DNA of 64,000 nt from the human T2T-CHM13v2.0 reference genome, Homo sapiens (GCF_009914755.1 NC_060926.1), one strand, 5' to 3'. Counted from the first letter of the stretch, positions 11,761 through 26,719 are shown. Notes: a model not told the origin generated them from the letters alone. Translations and numbers: made by a program.

Positions 11761-13418
11761 GAGCCCATGCTTTTGAATGAGAGGGTGCTAGTGGGCTATT
11801 GTGTGGCACAGCCAAGCTTCCTTTCCAGGCATTATTTGTCTCTGGATGTGAAGCATTTCCTAGCAATCAGTGATGTGTTCTGTGTAGTCCTGTCCACACT
11901 GCATTTGCAAAAATCCCTCATGGATGCTGGGATGTGGTTAATTTCTGGTTTCACTTTGTAATGAAGATGCACATGTTTTCTGTTTTATGTTTTGGAGGTA
12001 CATGTGTCTATGAACATAGAGACAGATGTGGACATATAGATTGATAGTCGCTTTGAAGACAATTTGAGGTGGTTTATGCTGTGGTTGTTTACATGAGAAC
12101 AATGGGGAGGGAGAAGGAACCCCATGCTCCCTTGAGGTCCTTCTACCTGTCTCAGAAACCCCACATCTCAGATCCTCAACCAGATTGTAAGATCCTCAAA
12201 CACAGGACAGGTTTTACTTACCTAGTGCTTCCCAGAGATGCCCAGTAGAGAGCCTTCTGCATCTTTCTGTATTTTTCCATTAGCTGATTTGGTAAACCTG
12301 ATGAAGCAAATACTGTTTGGTTGAAACAATTTACATTGCTCTAGGCAACGCTATTCCTCAGCCAAATGAATTAGATGATTAATAAGTATAACACGTAATT
12401 GAATTCAAAGTCCACGTTTGCCATCCCCTAAGCAGAGGAGGTTTCGTTGTATATTGTTATTGATGGAAAGAAACTGAGGTACTTTGGCTAAACAAAAGAG
12501 GGTACAGATGGCATTGTGCTTCAACTACACAAAAGGAGCCTGCTTATATACATGCTTGCTGCATGCCAATTTCTGCTCTCTGGTATTTTAGTGGAGAAAG
12601 GAGATTTCTTTAAAGACACTAAAGTAAGTATCAACAAAGAAGTGATTTATCTTTATATCAGAATTTTGGCTTGGAGCACAATCAGGATTTTGGGTCTGTT
12701 TGGGGCTAAGTAGAAATATATGTGAGACCAAAATAGGTTTTTCCTGAACCTTCAAAACTATACACAGTGAAAGAAATATTAGCTTCAAAAATCAAAGTGA
12801 TTGGATTTTCTAGAATCTGTATGATATGATGAGAAAATGTATGCAATATACATAAACCAGAATAGCCTTCCTTATTCAATGTTAACACTTTTTATAAGAA
12901 AGTATTAGACCTATTGATTTAGCAACTACATAATTATTGGTACTTGAAATACAGGCTTATAGAAACGAAGAAGTCAGAGTCACTCATTCAAAATGTAAGC
13001 ATAAATATGACTTCCATTAGCAATACCGGATTCCTGGATAGAATGGCCCAGTCTAGTCATCCCAGCAGGTCAAAGTGGCAAACCAGGTCAACACCAGAAG
13101 AGGCCCTTACAAATCCAAACAGAAACTTCTTTCTAAACCAAATCATTTGGAAAACACCTGAGCAATCCATGAAGTTTTTTACTGAGGTGCAGACATTCCA
13201 AAAGCTAAGCAAATATTCATGTAATGAGTGCCCCAAGACCATCAGCCGTGGACCTGTCGTTACTTCAAACAAGTCAGGATTTCAGCCAGGTCAAGGTTGA
13301 AGAAGAATAATTTTGGTCTAAGCACCTGGCATTTGCTCTTAGGTGTGGTCAAACTATATATAGGTGGATGCCGCCAGTCTTTAGTTGAATTGGGCAAAGA
13401 ACTCTGAGTTCAGTAGGG

Positions 13419-13445
13419 GTGTGTGTGTCTGTGTGTGTGTGTGTG
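13419..13445. repeat. (TG)n microsatellite
   Basis: Seen directly. Confidence 0.85.
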
Positions 13446-13984
13446 CATTTGAAATCTTTTTCATCTTTAATGAAATCTATTTTTTAAATGTCCTTCTTGT
13501 CTAAGTGCAACTAAGAGAGAGACTGCCCATACTAAGAGATTGGGGTGTTTGCTCAGGGCAGGGGTACAAGGCACACCTATTCCTCACCCAGTGCAAGCTG
13601 GGGGGATGGAGGAATTAGATGACTCCTGAGTTCGCTGCTCTAACCAGAGAGGGAAGGGGCAAGCCTGCATTCTTGTCAAGGTGAGGATAATTCTGGCCTC
13701 ATGTGACCCAGCTTTGCTGATCCTACCAGGTGAGCATTCCTGAAATAACTGCTATCCTCGTGGAGTCCTGTTCCTGGTCCTGTCTACTCAAGAGATTGTG
13801 GGTGTCGCCTGCCTTGAGTTGGCCACCCTCATGGGCTTCTTTGTTACTGGCAATCAAAGTCCTGATAACCTTGATGTGATACCCCTGCATTCATCCCAGG
13901 TAAAATTCTAATGAAAAGCCACTTCTCTCAGATCATCATGTGGGATGGTAGATTTCACCTGTTGACAGATACCTAGGGATAGAT

Positions 13985-14175
13985 ATGGACTTGGAAGTCA
14001 GGAGGACCTGGGTTCAAATCCCTACTCATCCACTTGTGGGCAAGAGAGCCTGGAAAATTTACTTACTCTAAAAACCTGTTTCATTGTCTATAAAGATGCA
14101 GATAATAACAATGACAATAGAATTTTATATGGACTGAATGAGCTAATCCAATGTAAATGTGTAACACTGGGTCTG
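13985..14175 (+). mobile_element. MIR
   Basis: 'gacctgggttcaaatccc...aatgagctaatccaatgtaaa' MIR motifs. Confidence 0.65.
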
Positions 14176-14289
14176 ATTTGGTAAAAAAGCACCATTTTAT
14201 AAACATAGAGAGCAATTCAGGATGAGGAAAGGCAACAGAGTTCTATTACCTTTCAGGTCTCAGTTCATGTCAATATCAATTTTGAAATG

Positions 14290-14400
14290 TCATTCAACAA
14301 AACAAGTATATAGTGAGTTCTTATTAGGTGTCAGGCACAAATTCCAGGAGTTGGGTAAGACAGTCAGTGTCCCTACCCTCAGGAAGCTTACATTTTAATA
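14290..14400 (-). mobile_element. L2 3' end fragment
   Basis: 'cattcaacaa...gtgtcaggcac...gtccctaccctcaggaagcttacattt'. Confidence 0.65.
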
Positions 14401-14516
14401 AAGAAAGAAAGGAAAGAAGGGAGACAGGGAGGGAGGGAAAGAAAAAATAAAATGTAATTGATGTAGCAGTACAAACCCTCAGGCATTATGATAGGGGTGA
14501 CTTTTGCAAATCCCCC

Positions 14517-14886
14517 CGATATGGTTTGGCTGTGTCCCCACCCAAATTTATCTTGTATCGTAGCTCCCATAATTTCCACGTGCTGTGAGAGGAACCTGGT
14601 GGGAGGTAATTGAATCATGGGAGCAGTTTCCCCCATGCTGTTCTCATGGTAGTGAGTAAGTCTCACAGATCTGATGGTTTTATAAAGGGAAACCCCTTTT
14701 GCTTGGCTCTTATTCTCTATTTGCCGGTCACCATGTAAGATAGCCTCTTGCTCCTTTTTCGTTTTCTGCCATAATTGTGAGGCCTCCTCAGCCATGTGGA
14801 ACTGTGAGTCAATTAAACCTCTTTCCTTTGTAAATTATCCAGTCTTGGGTGTGTCTTTATCAGCAGCGTGAAAATGGACTAGTATA
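14517..14886 (+). mobile_element. THE1C-like solo LTR (MaLR)
   Basis: Termini (C)GATATGGTTTGGCTGTGTCCCCACCCAAAT...GGACTAGTATA; 5-bp TSD CCCCC. Confidence 0.9.
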
Positions 14887-16139
14887 CCCCCTAACCCTAA
14901 CCCTAACCAAACAACTTTGATTTTGTCAGAAATAACCAGAGTTGGTTTTCTCAGTAATCACCACCAAATTTCTCACCATTGCATCTGGAAAAGTGGAAAC
15001 AGCATTCTAGGACCCTGCCAAGGATGGGAAGGCCGGGAGGGGTGTGGCCTGTGTCTCAAGAACAATCTACCTGTAACCAGACAGGGTTGTTCATCTTTAG
15101 GAAATCCCTACTGCCTTAAGCTAAGACGGTGGATGTGAAAATGTCCCACTTGCTGGAGGAGGGAGCTTAACCTCGGAGAGAGCATTTCTGAGGCTTCTGT
15201 GGCATCTGTTAAGTCTTCAAACACATAGGACTCTCTCCAAGTCAAGCGACGAGAAAGTGCATTTTTCACAGTGCTTGCTGCAGCACGTTTCAGGGAGCAT
15301 GTGTGGAGCCTCCTGGTGGGGAGAATACCTGGCAGCTGCCAGACACATTCACTGTGGGATTCTGTGGCTCGGAGCACATGTCCTGTGAGTCACAGGATAT
15401 GAGACAGTGAGGAGGCAGAGGGTAGGGAGAGGGCAAGGCGCTCCAGAGGCTGCAGCAAAGGAGAGAGGGGGATGCCTTATTTCTCTTAATTTTTAACCTA
15501 TATAGGCAATTTTGCAATAAAATGGGTTGGCTACCAAGTATATTTCCCTAGAGCTCATGAAGCATTGGATCCTTTGATTGCAGAAATCCAAAGATAACAA
15601 GGTGAAAATTCAACTCACAATCCATATTTCAATTTGCCATTTGTGGTTTGTAGTGATTGGTCTGAGCCTGTGAGTAATCTAATGGTGAAACATGGTTGCA
15701 CGCTAGAAAAGCTGTAGTTTACAGCAAAAACCAAGGAGCTATGGGCAAAAACTTTAATCACTTCAAAAAGAAGTAATTCACCTGGAATCACCTTTCCTGC
15801 AGGCAGTGAGATGTGCGGAAACAGGCCCCGAGCTATAGGTAAGAACACCCAGGTGTTGGGGCTGCCCCTGCTGCTTATCAGTAGATCTCTGAGCCATCCA
15901 TGCCCCACCTGGAAATACCCTGAGATCCTGTTGAATGAGGTTCTTTGCAAGCCACAGAATGCAATATGAGGATGAAAGTTTCTTTATAGTTGAATTTGTA
16001 TAGTATCCATTGACAGCACAGTTCATATGGGACCACAAACAGAGATCCGTGTACCATGCACCCAGCACTATGCAACAGGCACCATGTACTAAGCAGCAAG
16101 CACCATCGCTGACTTGGGGCTAAAGATAAACACATGCCA

Positions 16140-16633
<494 letters not shown>

Positions 16634-16770
16634 TTAGTAAAGAATGTAAATTCATCTACAAATATCTGTAGCACAAAGTGGTATTATGCATTTTACTCAG
16701 GCCTTGGTCACTGGGTATAGAAACTATTCAGGAGAGGAAAAGCCATCACCGGAGCTCTGCTTGGTGACCT

Positions 16771-17221
16771 CTCAGCCTTAGCCCCAGCCTCACCCTCACC
16801 TCAGCCCCAGCCTCAGCCTCAGCCTCACCCTCAGCCTCACCTCAGCCCCAGCCTCAGCCTCACCCTCACCCTCACCTCAGCCCCAGCCTCAGCCTCGGCC
16901 TCGGCCTCAGTCTCACCTCAGCCTCAGCCTCACCTCAGCCTCACTTCAGCCTCAGCTTCAGCCTCACCTCAGCCTCAGCCTCAGCCTCACCTCAGCCCCA
17001 GCCTCACCTCAGCCTCAGCCTCACCTCAGCCCCAGCCTCAGCCTCACCTCAGTCCCAGCCTCAGCCTCACCTCAGCCTCAGCCTCAGCCCCAGCCCCAGC
17101 CCCAGCCCCAGCCTCAGCCTCAGCCTCACTTCAGCCTCACCTCAGCCTCAGCCTCACTTCAGCCTCAGCCTCACCTCAGCCTCAGTCTCAGCCTCAGCCT
17201 CACCTCAGCTTCACCTCAGCC
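16771..17221. repeat. ~450-bp compound tandem array of CCTCAG / CCTCA / CCCCAG / CCTCAC units
   Basis: Seen directly; recurring 6+6+5 (17-nt) higher-order unit. Confidence 0.95.
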
Positions 17222-17588
17222 TTCCTTGCGGTAAGTTTGCAGGAAAGATAGAATTCTACTACTAAAGGCATGAGCAAAGGAAAATGGAGGATATATTATA
17301 GCGACCTAGAGAAACAGCACACTAGAAAGACACATAAATGCCTAATTGTAGCTGTCATAGAAGACCTCAGGTGCCACTGGAAGGGTTTACGCATTGTGAT
17401 ACCAGTGGGGAGCCATTGCAGGCTTCGGACCAGGGATCAGGGAGGGCGGGGGAATCAGAGACCTCTGTTTCAAGCAGGCGTGTGTGGTTTCCCTTAAAAC
17501 TTGAACTGAGCCTGCCTCTGGATGAACCCCTTTTCTCCCATGGCTGGACCGAGCCAGCAGGCTCAGCCCAAGGCAGAGCCAAGAGCAA

Positions 17589-17692
17589 CCCTGCAAGGAT
17601 AGAGGGTCTGCATGCTGGGAGGCAGTGTTGTCTAGTTTCCCCCTGCAAAGATGGAAGCTCTGCATGCTGGGAGGCAGTGTTGTCTACTTTCC
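17589..17692. repeat. 52-bp tandem duplication (2 copies plus a partial third)
   Basis: Core 'tctgcatgctgggaggcagtgttgtcta' identical at 17607 and 17659. Confidence 0.9.
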
Positions 17693-18020
17693 TCCTGTAG
17701 GACCCAGTGAATCCAGAACATAGAAACCTGGCGAGCTCCAGCAGGGTGGTGGGGATGCGCAGACACAGAATCGAGGGGCTCAGCAGTGGGCTGAGGATCT
17801 GCGATGTCTCCAGAGGCAGCTGGAGCAACACGGCCAGAGTGAGTCCTGGGTTGAAAGGAGCCCTGGGTGAGTGCTCAGGTTCCCTTCACCTTTCACACTG
17901 GGTACCTCATTCTGCTGTATCTCCTTCCACTTCTCTGCCATCACCATTTCCTCTCACTGGCTCTTATCAATTCACATTTAAATGCACTTAGTTATTTCTA
18001 ATGTAAAAGAAATTTCTCTC

Positions 18021-18347
<327 letters not shown>

Positions 18348-19793
18348 TCACTTTCTATCACATTCTTTCCTGTTGGTCTTGAAAGAGTTGTGTACCCTCG
18401 CAATCTTCACTTCCTTACATACTATCCTCAAACTTTACATGCGGCTTCTATTTCCATTACCATAGAGCCAGTTTTTTTCCAGTTCTACCCCTTACAACAC
18501 CAGCTATATCCCCTCACTGATTTTTGAAACATTTTATTTGTATGCATTAACTAGTCTGTAATATTGCTAGAGGGTCAGGATCTAGGGCATTCTCATTAAA
18601 GGAGTTGCTAAAAAAAGGAATAGATTTGGTATCCCACCTCTTGAGTCCTGGGATAAATTATAAGCCATGTCTGTCCCTGTTATCTTTAATTCTTCCTTTT
18701 GCCTCCTTCTTATCAAGTCATATGTCTCTTGATTTGGAATTAATCTACCTGGCGTAATGACTAACATTTACTATTTCAGAAAATTAACTTTGATCCTTGT
18801 TCTATATCAAGATAGGTGCTCACAGAGCACAATAGCATTCTTTCTTCAGTTGCCTCCCCAAAACCCCGATGGGAAAGGGTGGAAGTTTTACACTGTGGAA
18901 GCTCCTGACATGTTTTGAAGAATGTTACAGGTAGGGCATGCCTCAGCCTGTTCTCTTCCCACTGAACAAGGAGCTAAAGCTGACTGTGGAGTCTTGGGCA
19001 TCCTATACTGAAGACTTCAGCATCACTTCTGCCATTTTTTTTCTTTCATATATTGGAAGACAAGATGCCCCTCTTACTGTTTAAGGTCATTGCCTTCACC
19101 TGGAGTTTGGACCACACTCTCCAGGAAGATGTTTCATAGGAAGGGTGACAGCACAATTTGTTGTCTTCACCAAGACACTTTGGAAAGTCAAACAGGGCAC
19201 CAACTCCACTGAATACTGACACAGCAGGTACACGTGAGGATTGACCCAGGAAACTGGTATGTGTGGCCACCCGATCTACAGCAATTTCTTCCCTTTTTGA
19301 TACTTACAGTCTGGTCCCTAAACAGACATTTTTTCCTCTAGCAGATAGACGAATGTGGCCCAGTACCTCTCCTCTTCATGACTGTGTGTTTCTGTCTCTC
19401 CCATCCGTTATTCTGTCAAATACGTTGTTATCCTTGTCCTCCATTTATACAGCTGTCTCCTTGTTCTCCTTGGCCCACAGTGACTATTCTATCAGGAAGG
19501 GAAGGATCCAGTTTTATTTTCTTCTGGATAGAGAGTCAGTGGTGCCAGCACCTTATATTGAGCAATGATTGTTTTTCAGATGGGCTTGAACTATTTGTCT
19601 CATACCTTTGTCTCATACTCAATTCTCAAATTTATTGGCATCTATAACTAATTCATTTTCATTTTATTGATTGTTCCATTACATTCTTAAATACTATATA
19701 TGCATGAAAAACCTCAATGAATTTCAAATAATAAAAACAATCTGCCTTGTCTAACTACAATGAAAAAGAAAATAAACTATACCAATAAAGTAC

Positions 19794-20220
19794 TGATATG
19801 ATTTGAATGTTTGTCCCCTCCAAATCTTATGTTGAACTGTAATCCGCAGTGTTGGAGGTGAGGCCTGGGGGCAAGGAGTGGAGGCGGGGTTTGGATCATG
19901 GGAGTGGATCCCTCGTAAGTGGCTAAGCGCCATCCCTTTGGTAGTAACTGAGTCTCCTTCTGGTAGTTCACACAAGTTATGATTGTTTAAGAGTGTGGCT
20001 CCTCCCTATCCTGCTCCCTCTCTTACTATGTGAAGATGCCTGCTCCTGCTTTACCTCCTGCCATGAGTAAAAGCTACCTGAGGCCTCAATAGAACCTGAG
20101 CAGATGCCAGCACCATGCTTCCTGTACAGCCTGCAGAGCCGTGAGCCAATTAAATCTTTTTTCTTTATAAATTATTCAGTCTCAGGTATTCCTTAATAGT
20201 AATACAAATGGACTAACACA
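19794..20220 (+). mobile_element. MSTB-like solo LTR
   Basis: Termini TGATATGATTTGAATGTTTGTCCCCTCCAAATC...GGACTAACACA; 5-bp TSD AGTAC. Confidence 0.9.
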
Positions 20221-20224
20221 AGTA

Positions 20225-20590
20225 CCAACAATAAAAATGCAAACAATTGGAGCAAGGAAAAGCCTGCTTCCATCAAAGGCAAATCACAATTTCAGTGCAA
20301 AATATTCATAAAATAGCAATAAGAATGCCTCATGTCTAAATAGATGTAATTCAGCCAAAGTTGCCCTTAGGGATAAATTTGTAGCCTTCAACATGTTCAT
20401 TAACTTAAAAATGCATTAAAAACTACACGCTGAACTCAAGAAGTGAGGAAAAAAGGAAAAACGAAGGAGAAATTAATTGAGAGAATGAAAAAGCAATATA
20501 ATTGGCGAATAAATCTAAGTAGCAGTTCTTTGAAAAAATTAATAAAATAGAAAAACCATTATTTACTGTAACCAAGAATAATTGTAAAGA
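20225..20590 (+). mobile_element. Old L1M ORF2 fragment
   Basis: 'cttagggataaatttgtagcctt' and 'gcagttctttgaaaaaattaataaaatagaaaaacc' L1 ORF2 motifs. Confidence 0.6.
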
Positions 20591-20702
20591 GAATACCTGG
20601 TGATCACTGTGCTTTCTTGTCACTTTTAAGTATTCTAGAAAGTACTAATCAGATCTTAAATGGATGTTTCTAAACCAAGAACATGATGCTTATTTTAAAT
20701 AG

Positions 20703-21190
<488 letters not shown>

Positions 21191-21851
21191 TAGTTGGAGC
21201 TCAAAAGCCAAGGAATTACAGGCAAATGGGCACCTCCAACTCCTACATGGGAGTTGTCTCAGACGAGGGCAGTTTGCTTGAATAGTATGAGCATGGGTAG
21301 GGTTAGCTGGCCGGTGACAGGTGCCCCCCTCCATGGCATCAGTGACATTGGTATCCATCAACTGCATTGGGACAGGTAGCTATACACAGCACCTGTAGCC
21401 CAGCTCCTTGGGCCTAGACTATGGCTGGAGTCCAAGTGAAAATCACTTTATCAAGAGGAAGGTTAGTGCATGTGAAATCTAAATAGATCCTTCATGATTA
21501 TTTTATAAAGTACACCAATTTAAAGTGTATAAATATACCAATTTTCACAACCCTAACTTGCATTAAATCAAATGTGTCCATTATAAGCTTGCTCTTTATT
21601 AAGGTTGGCTTCCCATATCTGTTCCCCATCCCCACCCCACCCCATTCCCTTCCTTGGTTAGGAAAGTAAATCTTCTGTTTTCTCTGTTAATGCTTATATA
21701 GTTGCTATGGAATTTGGATCTCTAATCCTCATGGAAATTGTTTTGGATATCACCTGAGGAGGGTATCTAATTACATCTTTTCAAATAGATAGTTAATTAT
21801 AAAAATGATATATATTTGATAACTTATCCTTCAATGTTTAAAACTTCCACA

Positions 21852-22206
21852 TGTTTTAGTTCATTTTCACACTGCTATATAGAACTACCTGAGACTGGGT
21901 AATTAATGAAGAGAAAAGGTTTAATTGACTCACAGTTTCACATGGCTGAGGAGGCCTCAGGAAACTTACAGTTATGGCAGAAGGCAAAAGGGAAGAAAGA
22001 CACATTTTAATCGTGGCAGGAGAGAGAGAGAAAGAAGGAAAATGCCACACTTTTAAACCATCAAATATTGTGATAACTCACTATCATGTGAACAGCATGG
22101 AGGAAACTGCCCCCATGATCCAATTACCTCCCACCAGGTCCCTCCATCCACATGTGGGGATTACAATGATGAGACTTGGGGAGGGACACAGAGCCAAACC
22201 ATATCA
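21852..22206 (-). mobile_element. THE1D/MSTA-like solo LTR
   Basis: Antisense termini 'tgttttagttcattttcacactgct...gagccaaaccatatca'. Confidence 0.85.
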
Positions 22207-22300
22207 TCATATTTTCACAATGTTAAATTGTTGTGCTTTAGATTTGTTTGAATATTGTCTTCCACTTACTGTCTATTCTTGGGTTATTGCCAGAATGTTT

Positions 22301-23037
22301 TGTTGAGGCACAGAGAACGAGATCCCAAAGCATGGCGCCTTGGCATGCTGAGTGCTTTGAATTAAAGGAAACTGGAAAGCCTCTGAAGTAATCCTCAGAA
22401 CCAAGGTCTCCCTCTGACCTTCTCCTTCTTTCTGCTTCTCTGATCCCTTTTTTCCCCAAAGCACTAGAGTGACTTTCTCTTAAGTTCCCTTATCTAATTA
22501 AGGGAAGTTCTTCCAGAAGAAATGCAATTGTCTTAAAACTCTGTCTCTAGTAATATGAACAAATAACCAGGAAAGATTAACCACAAGAAGAGAAGAGATT
22601 AAAACTTGTCACATCTAGATAGACTTTTCATGTATTTTTCTGGAGATAGCTCCAAGAAATCACCTGGGAGACATTATCTGTATAAGACAACCTTTGTTCA
22701 CAGTGAAGTTTTGCCTCTCACCTTCACACCACCTCCCCCAGAGCTCACAGGAACTCTTTGTCCAAGGCCATTGTTCCTTGGGCTCATTAATTTTCCCCAA
22801 AAATCATTTACTACCCCTCACAATTGGCTACATTTCCCCCATTTCCCTCTCCCTTATGAAGAGGATATGTAAGCTTCAACTCTCTGGCCTTTCTTTGAGT
22901 CTCATATTTAAATGGCTACTGTACTTACTCACATTTTAAAAATTATCTGCCTTTTCTCCTATTGATCTCTCTGTTGTCAGTTTATTCCAGCAAAACATCA
23001 GAAAGAATGGAAAGGAAGTTTTCCCTTCACCCCTAAA
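22301..23037 (+). mobile_element. MER39-like LTR (ERV1)
   Basis: Starts 'tgttgaggcacagagaacgagatcccaaagcatggcgccttggcatgctgagt'; ends 'ggaagttttcccttcacccctaaa'. Confidence 0.7.
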
Positions 23038-23274
23038 ATACTATTTCCTTGACCCAATAATAATGACACTCCAAGAATCTGTTGTATAGAAGTAATAGCA
23101 CAGATATATTCCAGGATGTTCAGTATTATTAGTATTGCTAAAAAATAAAATAGAAAAAATTAGGAGACAAAAATGGGGAAGCACTCCATCTCTAACAGAG
23201 AAGAATATCTGAGTACATTACTAAACAGTTGAATAGAGGAACACTATGAAACCATTAAAAATGAGATAGATCTG

Positions 23275-23582
23275 GGCCGGGCGCGGTGGCTCACGCCTGT
23301 AATCCCAGCACTTTGGGAGGCTGAGGTGGGTGGATTATGAGGTCAGGAGATTGAGACCATCCTGGCTAACACAGGGAAACCCCGTGTCCACTAAAAATAC
23401 AAAAAATTAGCTGGGCATGGTGGCGGGCACCTGTAGTCCCAGCTACTCAGGAGGGTGAGGCAGGAGACTGGCATGAACCTGGGAGGCGGAGCTTGCAGTG
23501 AGCCGAAATCACGACACTGAACTCCAGCCTGGGTGACAGAGGGAGATTCTGTCTCAAAAAAAAAAAAAAAAAAAAAAAAAAA
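23275..23582 (+). mobile_element. AluY
   Basis: Y diagnostics 'gagaccatcctggctaacac' and 'gcggagcttgcagtgagccg'; long A tail. Confidence 0.92.
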
Positions 23583-23905
23583 GAGATCTACTTATACTGA
23601 TGTGGAAATATGTTGATGACATATAAATTTAAAAAAATTATATATGTACATACACACCATACACACACATATAAATAATGATTTTGATATATACAAATGT
23701 GTCTTTCTATGAGTATAAATAGATCTGAATGGATTTAGAACAGACTCAGGAAGACTACCCATTAACTGTTAAGAGCAGCTATGTATGAGGCAACAGATTA
23801 GAAGGGGTAAGTGGTTTTTCTTTTTTGCTTTCTATAATTTAATTTGAAATTCAGAATAGGTATGATGAGTGATCTCCAAAACAAAAGAACAAGACATAAG
23901 TAGAT

Positions 23906-24570
23906 TGTGATATAATGTAAAATATATTTGGTCTTTGTCACCAGTTCATGTCTTGAAACTATTGTGACTTTCTGAGGGATGGGAGTGTCTTTTTGAGGTG
24001 ACTTAGGATGGAGCACCCAGATAGCCTCAGGATGGGACTGGTTACCAGAAAAGCCAAGTGGTTAGAACACTGGAACTTTCAGCCCCACTCACCAACCTCT
24101 GGGAAGCATGCAGGTGGGCTGGAGGTCAAGCTCTGTGAAAACTCTTGAACAGCAAAACGTGATGAGCTTGTGGGTTGCTGGAGGTACTGGGTTGGGGTGG
24201 CTCACCCAGGGAGGGCCTGGAAGCCCCACCTCCCATCCATCTCTTCATCTGGCTGTTCATCTTTATCTTTTAGTATCATTCATAATAAAATGGTAAACAT
24301 AAGTGAGTGCTTCCCTGAGTTCTGTGATCCATCCTAGCAAACTAATTGGACTCAAGGAGGGAGTAGGGGGAACCCTGATATACAGCCAGTTGGTCAGAAG
24401 TACAGGTGATAAGCTTCCACTGCAATTGATGTCTGAAGTTGGGGGCAGTGTTATGGGACTGAGTCCTTCACCTGTAGGCTCTGACTCTAAACTCCAGGCA
24501 GATAGTGTCAGAATTGAATGAAATAGTAACACACCCAGTGGGTGTCCCCTGGAGAATTGCTCCATGTGAA
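23906..24570 (+). mobile_element. MER21-family LTR
   Basis: 'tgtgatataatgtaaaatatatttggtctttg...gactctaaactccaggcagatagtgtcagaattgaa'. Confidence 0.75.
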
Positions 24571-25105
24571 AAGCAGCTTATTTTCCTTGTGCATAGATGG
24601 AGACAGATCCAGCTGGGTGGACAGGACAGGTGCCATTAAACCATGTGAAAGCCACAGGGCCACCTTAACCCTGGCTCCTCCTCAGCAGGGTGCAGCTGAT
24701 AACCCCCTATCTGGGCTCTCAGGAATCAGGTTTGGTTTCTGAAGTGGCCCAGGAAGTGGAAACACTACAGATGCTCAGTCAAGGCCAGGTTCAGAAAGGC
24801 CTAAGCCTGTTAGCAGGAGTTGGGGAGGAAACCACACTGAGGTAGTGGCATGAGGGAAGGGGGACCTGAAACAGGGCTTGCTCCCCCTGACCCCACACTG
24901 GACAGAGGCCCCTGCCCTCCATTATCTCGAAGGTTCCTTCTGGCTTCTCCTTGTAGTAAGTGTTTCCAAGAATCTTGAACCGTCAGCAGGGGCAGCCTAT
25001 TGATCGTTAGTGGGCACTGGCAACTCCACTCCTAAAACTACACATACTAACGGATATTTCTTGGAGAAGGTTAAAAACAATGAACATTTTTAAAAAGAAT
25101 TTTTT

Positions 25106-25450
<345 letters not shown>

Positions 25451-25832
25451 TTATTTTTCTCCTCAAAGAATATCTTAAAATATCTCATAGCAGGGAAAAA
25501 CAGAAAAATAAATATGCACACTCAGCAATTAAGGTTTTCCATCCCCTGTAAGAGACAGGCAGTAAATGAAAATAAAAGAGCATATAAGCTGCTTCTTCCC
25601 CAGCTCAGCTCAGATGGGAGGTGTCATGCGCGGTCATTGCAGGCGAGAACCCCTTGCTTCTGTAGGAATCATAGCTAGTGGCTGGTTTGTAAGCTGGGAA
25701 CACTGCAAGGGCAGGGGCATGCCTGTCTACTGCAGCACTGTCCCCCAAAATTCTGGATGGATATGTGATCTTAACACCCTTCAATTACAGAGGGATTAGC
25801 AAGTGAAACACAGAGTTAAGAAGCACTGACAG

Positions 25833-26149
<317 letters not shown>

Positions 26150-26170
26150 CTAATGGTAACTTGAGTATAG

Positions 26171-26502
<332 letters not shown>

Positions 26503-26719
26503 AGCACTTGGTCACTCTTTAAACACCTACACATATGCTATTAATTTTTATCCCCAATATGAGTTTGTCACGTGTGCAGGAAAGGTACCTTTATTTCAGA
26601 AGAGCTAAGTAATTTGCTTAAAGTCACACAGAAGTGAAAGCATGATTAAGTTTTCCTTTTGGACTGATCAATATTCAACATATTGCACATTCTTTTGTTT
26701 ATTTTCTCTCTCTCTCTCT

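Noticed and set aside
12944-13300. 118-aa ORF in unique sequence
   Set aside because: Non-ATG start, no recognisable domain and no convincing exon boundaries.
14889-14908. Telomere fusion or subtelomere signature
   Set aside because: Only three hexamers, with no head-to-head arrays or subtelomeric repeats.
16771-17221. Resemblance of the array to immunoglobulin switch repeats or a CRISPR array
   Set aside because: It lacks repeated GAGCT/GGGGT pentamers and any adjacent Ig constant exons, has no unique spacers, and the DNA is eukaryotic.
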